Part shown: in pieces, positions 49,222 through 63,597 of the stretch
Numbering within the stretch: the first letter of the stretch is position 1
How the letters are laid out: each line of letters starts with the position of its first letter
From: Candidatus Paceibacter sp.
GTDB lineage: Bacteria; Patescibacteriota; Minisyncoccia; UBA9983
Direction: 5' to 3'
Assembly: GCA_013360865.1 (NCBI GenBank)
Contig: JABWAS010000003.1
Location: forward strand, 681 to 64,680
DNA length: 64,000 nucleotides
Notes under the pieces: model-generated
Seen by the model: the letters and a program-made list of their open reading frames with translations, nothing else
Database searches by the model: none
What the model was told of the DNA's origin: nothing
Program-made: the position numbers and the translations under genes

Positions 49222-50382
49222 TTAAACTTTCTTATACTCTTTCTCCACTTTTTCCAACGCCGATTTTTTGCCAGAGTTTATGGCTTCTCTGATTTTGGCA
49301 AACAAAGTTTTGTAGAAATATATGTTGTGCAAGGTGGCTAGGCGTTGGGCTTCGGGTTTGTTTTCCTTGAACAGCCGGTTTAAGTCTTTGCGCTTTATGC
49401 CTCCGGCGCACATTTGGCAAAGGCAACTTCTTTCTATAACTTTTTTATCTTTGGCAAACACGCCTCTTTTAATATCAAGCCGGCCATCGCGACTGAAGAC
49501 GCAGCCATGCCGCGCTTCACGGGTAGGTATGACGCAATCAAAAGTGTCTATGCCGTTTTTGACGCCGATAAAAATATCTTTTACCCGGCCAATACCCAGA
49601 AGATGTCTCGGCCTGTCTTCCGGCAATCCGCTTAAAGACCATCCTATAACCTTGCCCATCTGCTTTTCGCCGAAGGAGCCGCCGATACCGAAACCGTCAA
49701 AAGGCAATGAGCCGATGGCTTTGGAACTTTCCTTTCTTAAATCTTCAAAAACGCCGCCCTGCACTATGCCAAACAAGAGTTGCTCTTTGCCTCTTTTGAC
49801 CTTGAGACATTTTTTAGCCCAGTCATGAGTCCTTTTTAGCGCCCTTTTATTGTATTCGTAATCGTGCAAAGGAGAGGTGCACTCGTCAAAAGCGAAAATT
49901 ATGTCGGCGCCGATGTCTTTTTGCAGCGAGATTGATTTGGCCGGAGTCAGCTCGTATTTTTTGCCGTCGTAATTGAAAACAACGCCATTATTTGTAATCC
50001 TAACGGGATTTTTAGTACTATTGACGTTCGATGTCGATAGTGAATTTTCTGAATTTACTTTGCCGATTTTGTGGACTTTCCCCCAGCCGAGGCTGAATAC
50101 CTGGAAGCCGCCGCTGTCGGTCATAATCGGATTCTTCGCGCCGAACATTTTACGCAATCCTCCGGCTTTTTTTATCTCCTTCCATTTGCCGGTGACAAAA
50201 AGATGAAAAGTGTTGGATATGGTCAGCTCCGGCGAAGCGGCCAGATAATCTTTTTTATCCAAGGCTTTTATCACGCCGTGAGTGGCCACGAAAGCGAAGT
50301 TGGGAGTTTCTATATCACCGTGAGCGGTTTTTATTACACCAGTCCTAACTCTCCCTATTTTGTTTTTTATGGAAAAAGACAC
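49222..50382 (-). CDS. tgt: tRNA-guanine transglycosylase
   Basis: TDSGGFQVFSL, FDECT, GIVQGG, PRHLLG, DTFDCV.PTR, C.C..C and HN zinc site. Confidence 0.93.
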   Translation of the reverse strand: MSFSIKNKIGRVRTGVIKTAHGDIETPNFAFVATHGVIKALDKKDYLAASPELTISNTFHLFVTGKWKEIKKAGGLRKMFGAKNPIMTDSGGFQVFSLGWGKVHKIGKVNSENSLSTSNVNSTKNPVRITNNGVVFNYDGKKYELTPAKSISLQKDIGADIIFAFDECTSPLHDYEYNKRALKRTHDWAKKCLKVKRGKEQLLFGIVQGGVFEDLRKESSKAIGSLPFDGFGIGGSFGEKQMGKVIGWSLSGLPEDRPRHLLGIGRVKDIFIGVKNGIDTFDCVIPTREARHGCVFSRDGRLDIKRGVFAKDKKVIERSCLCQMCAGGIKRKDLNRLFKENKPEAQRLATLHNIYFYKTLFAKIREAINSGKKSALEKVEKEYKKV

Positions 50383-50384
50383 AA

Positions 50385-51548
50385 CTAGTAGCTCTTAAGT
50401 CTGTTCGCCTTCTCGTGCGTCCTGATTTTTTCCAAAGCTTTGGCTTCTATCTGCCTGATACGCTCTCGGGTTACGCCGAACTCCTTGCCCACCTCTTCAA
50501 GCGTATGGATGATGCCGTCGCCCAATCCGAAACGCATCTTCAAAATCTTCTGTTCCTTGGGCGAAAGGTCCTTCAAAATTTCTTCAAACTGGTCGGCCAG
50601 AATACCCTGGGCGGTCTGCTGGTCGGAAGACAGAATTTTGTCGTCTTTGAGGAAGTCGCCAAGTGTGGATTCCTCGTCGTCGCCCACCGGAGCCTCAAAG
50701 GAAACTGTGCTTTGGTCTATTTTCTGGATGTGGTGGATTTTCTCCACGTCCATGTTCATCTCCGCCGCTATTTCTTCCGGCAAAGGCTCTCTGCCCAAAT
50801 CCTGCGACAACCGCCTCAACACCTGTTTGTATTTGGAAATTGTTTCCATCATGTGCACTGGAATCCTGATGGTTCTGGCCTGGTCGGCGATGGCCCTGGT
50901 GATGGCCTGGCGGATCCACCAGGTGGCGTAGGTGGAGAATTTGTAGCCCTTTCTCCAGTTGAACTTTTCCACCGCGCGGAATAAGCCGAAATTGCCCTCC
51001 TGAATGAGGTCCAAAATGGACAAGTCCGGACTACGCCCGACGTATTTTTTGGCGATAGAAACGACAAGCCTCAAGTTGGCTTTGATGAGAATGCTTTTGG
51101 CCTCTTCGTCTCCCTCCTCTATCCTTCTGGCCAGTTCCCTTTCTTTGGCCGCGTCAATAAGCGGTATCTTGCCGATTTCGCGCAAATACATCTGCACCGC
51201 GTCCACCGACTCCTTGTCCAGATACATATCCAGCTTTTTATCCTGCTCTGCCTCCGATTCTATCAGGTCTTTGTTTTCAATAACGTCCACGCCCGATTCC
51301 TGGAAGGTGTCGTACAAGCTGTCCAAAAGGCCGATGTCTTCTTCTATGGACGGAAACTCCTTCAGTATTTCCGTGAAAGTAACGAAGCCCCTCATTTTTC
51401 CTTTTCTTAAGAGGGTTTCTGTTTTAATTTTGATTTCCTCGGCTTTGGAAATTTTTTTAACCTTCGGCATGGCGGTTTTCTTCGCCTCTTTCTTGGGCTT
51501 GGCTGCCGCTTTGGAAACACTTTTCGTTTTTTTGTTTTTGGCGCTCAT
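50385..51548 (-). CDS. rpoD: Primary sigma factor
   Basis: [46 protein letters not shown]. Confidence 0.96.
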   Translation of the reverse strand: MSAKNKKTKSVSKAAAKPKKEAKKTAMPKVKKISKAEEIKIKTETLLRKGKMRGFVTFTEILKEFPSIEEDIGLLDSLYDTFQESGVDVIENKDLIESEAEQDKKLDMYLDKESVDAVQMYLREIGKIPLIDAAKERELARRIEEGDEEAKSILIKANLRLVVSIAKKYVGRSPDLSILDLIQEGNFGLFRAVEKFNWRKGYKFSTYATWWIRQAITRAIADQARTIRIPVHMMETISKYKQVLRRLSQDLGREPLPEEIAAEMNMDVEKIHHIQKIDQSTVSFEAPVGDDEESTLGDFLKDDKILSSDQQTAQGILADQFEEILKDLSPKEQKILKMRFGLGDGIIHTLEEVGKEFGVTRERIRQIEAKALEKIRTHEKANRLKSY

Positions 51549-51558
51549 ATTATTTTTA

Positions 51559-53244
51559 TTATTTAAAATTATTTAACTTTTTAGTAAGAGTATGAAAATC
51601 ATTTAAGCAGCTTTCCAGTTCCTTTTCCGCGCTTTCCGCTTTTTCCGTTTCCAGTTTTCTTATCCGTCGCGTTATCTCTTCCAGTTCGTTTTTTAATTTT
51701 TCTTTGGATAACTCTTTTTCCATTTTCTCCATCTCCTCCTTCAGCGTCTCGGAACCGTCAAAATAAATTTCCGCTTCCGTTATTATTTTATTTATATCAT
51801 TATCTTGCAATTTGTCAACGTAGTCTTTTATCCGTTCCAGAACTTGTCCGGCCGCGCTTTTTATTTCCGGATTTCGCGATTCTTTTTGCCACAGGGCCAG
51901 CCCGGCCAGCCGGTTGGAAAGAAATTCCAGGCGGGTTTTGGGCGCGAAGCTTTTTTGGCGCACTGTCAAGGTCTCGCCTTGACTGTCAAGGCGAGACCTT
52001 GACAGTGGTTCTAGTTTTACTTTCTTCAACTCCTGCCAGACCGGTTCTTCGGATATGCCGAATTTGTCGGCTATTTTTTTGACCACCTGCGCTTTCTCAA
52101 TCTCGCTGGGCAACCCGGCTATCAAAGGCAGGATTTTACCTTCCACCGATTTGCGGTCGCCCGCCGCCTCCAGCAGAAAGTCAAAAATATTCCGGGCGCT
52201 TTCCACCGCCGCCAGCCAGCTTTCCGGGTCTTCCAAAACGGCGTCCGCCGGATCTTTGCCGGAAGGGATGACGGCCGCCCTCACCTCCAAACCTTCCGCC
52301 AAGGCCATGGATATGCTTCTTTGCGCCGCGCTGATTCCGGCCCGGTCGCTGTCAAAAGCCATTATTATTTTGTCGGCCAGTCTTTTTATAAGGTTGAGGT
52401 GAAACGAAGTTAAAGCCGTTCCGGAAACAGCCACCGTGTTTGACACCCCGGCCTGACGCGACATTATCGCGTCCATCTGCCCTTCCACCAAAACGCAGGA
52501 GTTCGTTTTGCGGATTTCCCCTTTGGCTTTGTCAAAAGCGTAAAGAAGGCGGGACTTGTCGTACAAAACCGTCTGCGGCGTGTTGACGTATTTGCCTTCA
52601 TTGCCGGCCTGTTCGCCAAAAATTCTGCCGCTGAAGCCGACAACCTGGCCGGAAGAATTGGCCAGCGGAAACATTATCCGGCTCCGGAAGCGGTCGTAAT
52701 AACCCTTGGACGACTTTATGACCATTCCCGCTTTTTCCATTTCCGCGTCAGCATAGCCTTTTTTCTTCAAAAAATCATAGAGATTCCTCCAGCCTTCCGG
52801 AGCGAAGCCTATGCCGAAAGCTTTGGCCATTTCCCCTTTCACGCCTCGTTTTTTAAGGTAATCTATGACCGCGGAATTTTTCCTCAATTCGTTTTCGTAA
52901 AATATCGCGGCGCTTTGCGTCAGATGGAGCAGTTTCGTCCGTTCGTTTTTCTGCCCAATGTTTATTTTCTCCACCCGCACTCCGGCCCGGTCGGCCAAAA
53001 TTTTCAGCGCTTCCACGAAATCAATCCCTTCCATCTCCATCACGAAACTGAACATATCTCCGCCTTTGGAACAGCCGAAGCAATGCCAGCTTTCCCTGGC
53101 GGGAGAAACGAAAAACGAGGGCGTTTTTTCCGCGTGGAACGGGCAGCAGGCTTTGTAAGACGAGCCCGCTTTAGTGAGTTTGACGTAGCTCTGAACCACG
53201 TCAACTATGCCGAGGCGGGATTTAATTTGCTCAACGGTAGACAT
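51559..53244 (-). CDS. dnaG: DNA primase
   Basis: CPFH..C..C zinc finger, [31 protein letters not shown]. Confidence 0.97.
   Translation of the reverse strand: MSTVEQIKSRLGIVDVVQSYVKLTKAGSSYKACCPFHAEKTPSFFVSPARESWHCFGCSKGGDMFSFVMEMEGIDFVEALKILADRAGVRVEKINIGQKNERTKLLHLTQSAAIFYENELRKNSAVIDYLKKRGVKGEMAKAFGIGFAPEGWRNLYDFLKKKGYADAEMEKAGMVIKSSKGYYDRFRSRIMFPLANSSGQVVGFSGRIFGEQAGNEGKYVNTPQTVLYDKSRLLYAFDKAKGEIRKTNSCVLVEGQMDAIMSRQAGVSNTVAVSGTALTSFHLNLIKRLADKIIMAFDSDRAGISAAQRSISMALAEGLEVRAAVIPSGKDPADAVLEDPESWLAAVESARNIFDFLLEAAGDRKSVEGKILPLIAGLPSEIEKAQVVKKIADKFGISEEPVWQELKKVKLEPLSRSRLDSQGETLTVRQKSFAPKTRLEFLSNRLAGLALWQKESRNPEIKSAAGQVLERIKDYVDKLQDNDINKIITEAEIYFDGSETLKEEMEKMEKELSKEKLKNELEEITRRIRKLETEKAESAEKELESCLNDFHTLTKKLNNFK
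51961..52007. repeat. REP-like nested double palindrome F, inside dnaG
   Basis: CACTGTCAAGG-tctcg-CCTTGAC-t-GTCAAGG-cgaga-CCTTGACAGTG, a perfect palindrome around one base. Confidence 0.85.
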
Positions 53245-53307
53245 AAATTAGGGACTAGGAATTAGCCACTAGCCATTAGTTTAGCACCTAGCTAATTTTA
53301 CTAATAA

Positions 53308-56940
<3,633 letters not shown>

Positions 56941-56967
56941 AGATTTTTAAATTTAATTTGAATAATT

Positions 56968-59900
56968 TTATTTGACTTCGCCGTCTTTCTTCAGATAAAT
57001 GTCCAGCGCCAGACCTCTTAACTCGCTTAGCAAAACGTTAAACGACGCCGGCAGGTTGGGACTCTTGAACTTCTCTCCTTTGATAATGGAATTGTAAGCC
57101 GCCGCCCTGCCCGCGATGTCGTCTGATTTGATGGTCAATATTTCCTGCAGAGTGTGAGACGCGCCGTATCCTTCCAGCGCCCACACCTCCATTTCTCCGA
57201 ATCTCTGGCCTCCGCCCTGGGCCTTGCCGCCGAGTGGCTGCTGGGTGATAAGCGAGTAAGGGCCGATGGACCTCATGTGAATCTTGTCTTCCACCATATG
57301 ATCCAGCTTCATCATGTAAATCTGACCAACGGTCACCTTCTGGTCAAAAGATTCTCCGGTCCTGCCGTCGTAAAGTTTGAACTTGCCGTCTTCCGGATAG
57401 CCGGCCTTCTTGAGTTCTTCTTTTATTTCCTCCTCGGTCGCGCCGTTGAATCCCGGGGTTATGGCATGATAGCCGAGTTTTTCCGCCGCCATGCCAAGAT
57501 GAGTTTCCAAAATCTGGCCGATGTTCATACGGGAAGCAACGCCCAGCGGGTTGAGAATAATATCCACCGGCGTGCCGTCTTCCATGTAAGGCATGTCTTC
57601 CACCGGCAATATTCTGGAGATGACTCCTTTGTTGCCGTGCCGGCCGGCCAGCTTGTCTCCCACGGAAATTTTGCGCAGGCTGGCGATTTCCACGGAAACC
57701 TGTTTGATGATTCCCGGTTCCAGTTTGTCGCCCATATCGCGCGAGAAAACTTTGATGCCGATGACCCGGCCTTTCTTGCCGTGGTCAAGCCGCAGCGAGG
57801 TGTCTTTAACGTCTCTCGCCCTCTCGCCGAAAATTGAGCGCAAAAGCCTCTCTTCCGGCGTGAGTTCCACTTCTCCTTTGGGAGAAATTTTTCCGACCAA
57901 AATGTCGTCGGCCCGGACTTCCGCGCCGATGCGCACGATGCCGTCCTCGTCCAGATCTTTGAGCTTTTCTTCGCCGACGTTGGGTATGTCGTAAGTGGTC
58001 ATTTCCGGCCCGAGCTTGGTGTCTCTGACGTTGATGGAAAATTCTTCCACGTGAATTGAGGAAAATTTGTCCTCCCGGACCATTCTTTCGGAAAGAATGA
58101 TGGCGTCTTCAAAGTTGGAACCCTTCCAGGACAGGAAGGCCACCAGCGCGTTCTGCCCCATGGCCATCCGGCCGCGGTCGCTGGAGTAGTTGTCGGCCAA
58201 AACGTCGCCCTTTTTCACCTCGTCGCCCACGTTGACCGACGGGCGGTGATGAATCGCCGTCAGCGCGTTGGAGCGCAGGAAAGTCGCCAGAGCGTATTCT
58301 CTTTTTTTCTTCGGCCCTTCTTTTATTATTATTTTTGAAGCGTCAACGTAATCAACCGCGGCAGGCTCTGTCTTCCATGCCCGTGCCGACAAGCGGCGCT
58401 TCGGGTTTGATGCAGGGCACTCCCTGCTTCTGCATGTTGGAACCCATCAGGGCTCTGGTGGCGTCGTCGTGTTCAAGGAAAGGAATCATGCTCGTGGCGA
58501 CGCTATAGGCCTGATTGGGAGCCACGTCCATATAGTGAACGTCGTATTTGCTGACAAGGCCGGGCTGGGACATTATCCTCGCTCCCACTTCGTCGTTAAG
58601 AATTTCCCCCGTCTTCTCGTCGTATTTCACTTCGGCGTGGGCGATGTTGTATTTGGCTTCGTCCAAAGCGTTCAGATAAACAATCTCTTTGGTGACTTTG
58701 CCGTTTTCCACTTTCCGGTACGGAGTTTCCAGAATTCCGAACTCGTTGAGCCGGGCATGCACGGACAAATGAACCACCAGACCGATGTTCGGACCTTCCG
58801 GCGTCTGAATCGGGCAGATTCTTCCATAATGGGAAGAGTGCACGTCGCGGACTTCAAATCCGGCCCTCTCCCTGTTGAGGCCGCCGGGCCCGAGGGCGGA
58901 CAATCTCCGCAGGTGCTCAAGTTCGTCCAGCGTGTTCTTCTGGCTCATGAACTGGGAAAGCTGGTTGGTGGTGAAGAAGTCCCTGACCGCCGTCATAAAA
59001 GGCCGGTTGTTGACTATCTGCAAAGGCATAAGCGTCGCGGGGTCGGCGGTGGACATCCTGTCCTGGATGTTCCTCTTCATTTTGGCCATGTTGGCCCGCA
59101 GTCTTTGCTGGAGCAGTTCTCCCACTCCCCTTATTCTTCTGTTGCCAAGGTTGTCTATGTCGTCCGGCTGGGCCAGGGGGTTGTTGTTGAGTCCGATTAT
59201 TTTTTTGATGATGCCAATAAGGTCGTCTTTGGTTATCGTTCTCGGCTCTTTTTTGATGTTGTCCACCGGTTTGCCCAGGCGGTTGTTGAGCTTATATCTT
59301 CCGGTCAGGGAAAGGTCGTATCTTTCAGAGTCAAAAATGGCGTCAATGTAGTTTTTGCTGTTCTCAAAGCCGAGCATGTCTATCGGCTCGCCCGGTCTCA
59401 ATCTCCGGTAAAGCTCTATGTACGCCTCCTCAATGGTTTTAGCAAGATCTTTTTCCAGAGTTTTCTTGATGTACTGGATTTTGCCGGTGTCCGCTTCGGA
59501 AAAAGCTTTCTCAATTTCGGCGGCGGTCTTCATTCCGAATATTTTTAAAATAGAGGTGACGGGGATTTTTCTTTTGTTGTCTATGCGCGCGTAGATAACT
59601 CCGTCCGGTTCCGTCTCCAGCTCAATCCAGATTCCGCGCGACGGTATTATTTTTGAACCGAAATATTTCTTGCCCTTGGTGACGCTGGCGGTAAACTGCG
59701 CGCCAAAAGAACGGGCCAGCTGCGGCACGATGACCCTTTCCACGCCGTTTATGATAAAAGTTCCCCGCCTTGTCATTATGGGGAAATCGGCCAGAAATAT
59801 CTCCTGTTCTTTGGCCTGTCCTATTTCTTTATTGGTGAGTTTTAATTTTATCTTCAGCGGAGCCTCCAGGGTGAGATTGCGGGCGCGGGCCGTCATCTCG

Positions 59901-60103
59901 TCAACCTTGGGCTCCTCCAGAACGTAGCCGGAGAATTCCAGGATGAATTTTTTCTGCGAATAGTCTTGGATCGGAAAGAATTCCTGAAACAATTCCTTCA
60001 AACCTTCGGTTATAATCCATTGAAAAGAGTCCGTGTGCACTTTTGCCAGATGGGGCATCGGCAAAATCGACTCTTTGAACTTGGAAAAATATTTCTTCTT
60101 CAT
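56968..60103 (-). CDS. rpoB: RNA polymerase beta subunit, split into two ORFs by a frameshift near 58357
   Basis: N-part [25 protein letters not shown]; C-part [24 protein letters not shown]. Confidence 0.97.
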
Positions 60104-60377
60104 TAATTATTTTTTAATTATTTAAAATTTATAATTTTATTAATTTTAAAAACAAAAATATTTTGAAATAAACGCGAAATCGCTGAAGAAAAACCCGTCT
60201 GGGCGCTTGCCCCGTACCACGCCTCTAAGGCTGTGGTTTTTGCTTCATGCTTGTAATTTCAAAGCGTTCACCCCACTTTCGCCGGCGTGCTTTTCGCGTG
60301 GTATGGGGTAAAAGGCAAAAAAATAACAAAAATCCTCAAATTCGGATCCTTTGATAAAAATTTATTGTATTGCCTTA

Positions 60378-60405
60378 ATAATATACTTTATTTTTTATCT
60401 GTCAA
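60378..60405 (-). promoter_or_regulatory. Candidate rpoB promoter
   Basis: Minus-strand TTGACA-16-TATTAT about 270 nt upstream of rpoB. Confidence 0.5.
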
Positions 60406-60450
60406 CTCCACACATTCTTAAAAATTTCAACCTGTGGATAAGTAACCCAA

Positions 60451-60499
60451 AAAACCGACATCCGATGTCTGAGAATTTTTGACATCGGATGTCGGTTTT
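60451..60499. repeat. REP-like nested double palindrome G
   Basis: AAAACCGACA-tccga-TGTC tgagaattttt GACA-tcgga-TGTCGGTTTT. Confidence 0.8.
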
Positions 60500-60626
60500 A
60501 ATCCCGTCTGTTGTTGGTTGCAAAAAGGCCACTCCCGGTGTGTAAGCGTAGAAAAAGTCTCGCATATTCTTATGTTTATAATTTCAACTACTTGTTTTAT
60601 TAATAATCAATACCTATAATCTAAAA

Positions 60627-61520
60627 GTGGAAAAATCCAATTCTAATCATTATAAATTCTCAATAATCTTACCCGCGTATAACGAAGAAAAGGCCATAGG
60701 AAAAGTCATAGACGATGTAAGGATATCTTTAGATAACTCAAAATACAGAAATTCCTACGAGATTTTAGTTGTAGATGATTGTTCCTCAGACAAAACCGCT
60801 GAAATCGCGACTTCAAAAAATGTAGAGGTTATCAGAAGAAAAATTAACGGCGGAAGCGGCGCTTCCAGAAAAACGGGCATATTGGCAGCCAAAGGCGAAG
60901 TTATAGTAATGCTGGACGCTGATGATACTTATACTGCCAGCGACATCCCCGTGATGTTTGATTATTTCCCCGACTACGATCAGGTTAACGGGGCAAGAGA
61001 TTCCGAACAGGGCACCCTAAAATTTTTAAGATTGCCAATGAAACTGATCCTGCGCAAATTGGCTTCTTATCTAAGCAGGACTAAAATTCCCGATCTCAAC
61101 ACAGGGCTTAAAGCTTTTAAAAAGGAAATAATGCTTAAATATCTGTGGGTTATTCCTGACGGATTCAGCTGTGTAACGACAATGACACTGGCTTTTCTAT
61201 GCAACGGACACAAGGTCAAGTATATTCCCACAAAATACAAAAAAAGGCTCGGAAATTCAAAGTTTCATCCAATTAAAGATACTTCCAAGTATCTGCAAAC
61301 CATAATCAGAATAATTCTTTATTTTAATCCTTTGAAAATATTTTCATCTTTAAGTTTTATTTTGTTCGTTTCAGCCATTGTTGTTTTTTTATACAGTTAT
61401 TTTTTCAGAGAAAAAATACTGGATATTACCATTTTGATTCTGCTAATCACGGCGATTCAGGTTCTTGGAATGGGAATGATCGCCGAATTGATAGTAAAAA
61501 GTAAAAACGCCAACAACTGA
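60627..61520 (+). CDS. GT2 glycosyltransferase (DPM1-like) with C-terminal TMs
   Basis: ILPAYNEE, VVDDCSSD, MLDAD, PDLNTG. Confidence 0.92.
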   Translation: MEKSNSNHYKFSIILPAYNEEKAIGKVIDDVRISLDNSKYRNSYEILVVDDCSSDKTAEIATSKNVEVIRRKINGGSGASRKTGILAAKGEVIVMLDADDTYTASDIPVMFDYFPDYDQVNGARDSEQGTLKFLRLPMKLILRKLASYLSRTKIPDLNTGLKAFKKEIMLKYLWVIPDGFSCVTTMTLAFLCNGHKVKYIPTKYKKRLGNSKFHPIKDTSKYLQTIIRIILYFNPLKIFSSLSFILFVSAIVVFLYSYFFREKILDITILILLITAIQVLGMGMIAELIVKSKNANN

Positions 61521-61528
61521 ACAAAAAT

Positions 61529-62941
61529 ATGAAGATTGTTTTAATCAACCCGCCCTCTTTTAACACAATAACGTCTTGTTTGCCAAAAACTCTTGACGAA
61601 GGGCGCGGCTTTACCCCGCCGCTAGGCATAATGTACATAGCGGCCCAGATAGAAAAAGAGACAAATCATCAAGTGGAAATACTGGATGCCCAAGTTGATG
61701 AGCTTACTTACGAACAACTAAAAACAGAGATTCAAAAAAGAAAACCGGATGCCGTCGGGATAACCGCGATGACATTTACGCTTATCGATGTCATAAAAAC
61801 CGCAAAGATAGTAAAAGAAATAGACAGCAGTATAAAGATTATTATTGGCGGACCGCATGTTATCATATACCCGGAAGAAACCGCCGGTATCAAGGAGGTT
61901 GATTTCGTAATCATCGGCGAAGCGGAGCCCGTAATAAAACCTTTGTTGGACAACATAAACGATCCGGACAAGCTGGAAAAAGTGAAGGGTTTGGTATTCC
62001 GAAAAAATGACAAGATAATAAACACCGGCCGAAGCGAGCTCATTAAAAATATTGACGACTTGCCGTTTCCGGCCAGACACCTTACCAATTACAAGAAATA
62101 TTATTGGGCGCTTTCTCCCTATAGGCCTATAACCACCATGTTTACAAGCCGCGGATGCCCGTATCAATGTTTATTCTGCGACAGGCCTAATCTGGGGAAA
62201 AATTTTCGCCCCGCTTCCGCGAAAAGAGTCGTGGACGAGATGGAAGAATGCCAAAAAATGGGGATCCAAGAAATATTCGTTTACGATGACACATTTGGAG
62301 TGGACAGGCGGAGAGTTCTGGATATTTGCGACGGCCTTATAAAAAGAAACATCAAAATCGCGTGGAATATCAGGACAAGGGTGAACACCGTGGACGCGGA
62401 AGTTTTGTCCGCGCTGAAAAAGGCCGGCTGCCAAAGAATACACTACGGCGTGGAAGCAGGCACTCAAAAAATATTAAACGTTCTTAGAAAAGGAATAACT
62501 TTGGAGATGGTTGAGAAGGCTTTTAAACTCACAAGGAAAGCTGGGATACAAACCGCCGGCTACTTTATGATCGGCTCTCCCACAGAAACAGAAGAAGATA
62601 TTCTCAAGACAATAAAGTTTATGAATAAACTAAAGGCCGACTACATGCACATAACTATCGTTACACCCTACCCCGCCACCGGACTATACGCAATGGCTTT
62701 AAAAGAAAAAGTGATAGATAAGGATTACTGGCTGGAATTCGCCAAAAATCCGACAGAAGGTTTCGTGCCAAAAATTTGGGAGAAAGAAATTCCGCGTGAA
62801 AAATTATTTTATTTAATGAAAAAGGCCTATCGATCATTCTATCTTCGCCCGTCATTTGTGTTTAATAAAATAATCAGATTGAAGTCTGGAGAAGAATTTT
62901 TAAGGAAGGCTAAGGCGGCGGTAAAATTACTTAAAATATAA
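61529..62941 (+). CDS. B12-binding-domain radical SAM protein
   Basis: INPP, PPLG, GGPH, SRGCPYQCLFC (CX3CX2C), YDDTF, GVEAG. Confidence 0.93.
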   Translation: MKIVLINPPSFNTITSCLPKTLDEGRGFTPPLGIMYIAAQIEKETNHQVEILDAQVDELTYEQLKTEIQKRKPDAVGITAMTFTLIDVIKTAKIVKEIDSSIKIIIGGPHVIIYPEETAGIKEVDFVIIGEAEPVIKPLLDNINDPDKLEKVKGLVFRKNDKIINTGRSELIKNIDDLPFPARHLTNYKKYYWALSPYRPITTMFTSRGCPYQCLFCDRPNLGKNFRPASAKRVVDEMEECQKMGIQEIFVYDDTFGVDRRRVLDICDGLIKRNIKIAWNIRTRVNTVDAEVLSALKKAGCQRIHYGVEAGTQKILNVLRKGITLEMVEKAFKLTRKAGIQTAGYFMIGSPTETEEDILKTIKFMNKLKADYMHITIVTPYPATGLYAMALKEKVIDKDYWLEFAKNPTEGFVPKIWEKEIPREKLFYLMKKAYRSFYLRPSFVFNKIIRLKSGEEFLRKAKAAVKLLKI

Positions 62942-62953
62942 TTCCATCGTAAA

Positions 62954-63589
62954 ATGAAAATACCAAAAAAGCAAAATATCCAACAAACAAATCCGGAAGA
63001 CCCGACAAAAAGATATTATCAGCCGATATTGCGCCATTTTTATCTAAAAAGACTTAAGATGGCGTTAAGTTGCCTTCCCGACAAGGAAAAATATGGCGCA
63101 ATTCTTGATATAGGCTACGGGGGAGGCATTTTCTTTCCCGAACTTTATCGACGCTGCGAAAAATTATATGGAATAGACACCTTCGGGGAAGACGGTAAAA
63201 CCAAAGTAAGAAACATGATGGCCAAGGAAAAAATCAACGCCGAAATTATTACAGGCAATATGACAAAAACACCGTTCCCCGACGATTTTTTTAACGCCGT
63301 TTTTTGCATTAGCGCCTTGGAGCACCTGGAACCCGATGAACTAGAAAGGGCAATACTTGAAATTAAAAGAATCACCAAAGACAACGGTTTGATTATATTA
63401 GGCTTTCCTTCCGGCAGAAAATTAATGCAAGCTTACTGCATGCTTGTCCAAAGAAATTTACGTTTTGACTTCCACCGGTCAAGCCATGAATTAATTATAA
63501 AAAACGCAAACAACCACTTAAAAATTGAGGAGGTTAAAAGTTTTTTCAAATTTATTCCAATTTATTACGTTTTAAAATGCAGAAAATAA
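62954..63589 (+). CDS. Class I SAM-dependent methyltransferase
   Basis: LDIGYGGG, PFPDDFF, LEHL. Confidence 0.88.
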   Translation: MKIPKKQNIQQTNPEDPTKRYYQPILRHFYLKRLKMALSCLPDKEKYGAILDIGYGGGIFFPELYRRCEKLYGIDTFGEDGKTKVRNMMAKEKINAEIITGNMTKTPFPDDFFNAVFCISALEHLEPDELERAILEIKRITKDNGLIILGFPSGRKLMQAYCMLVQRNLRFDFHRSSHELIIKNANNHLKIEEVKSFFKFIPIYYVLKCRK

Positions 63590-63597
63590 AATAATTC

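Noticed and set aside
56968-60103. Naturally split rpoB or TGA readthrough (code 25)
   Set aside because: The halves are in different frames with conserved residues missing, and other genes end normally at TGA with no in-frame TGA in conserved genes.
60433-60441. DnaA box (TGTGGATAA) as a replication origin
   Set aside because: Single perfect box, no cluster and no dnaA/dnaN nearby.
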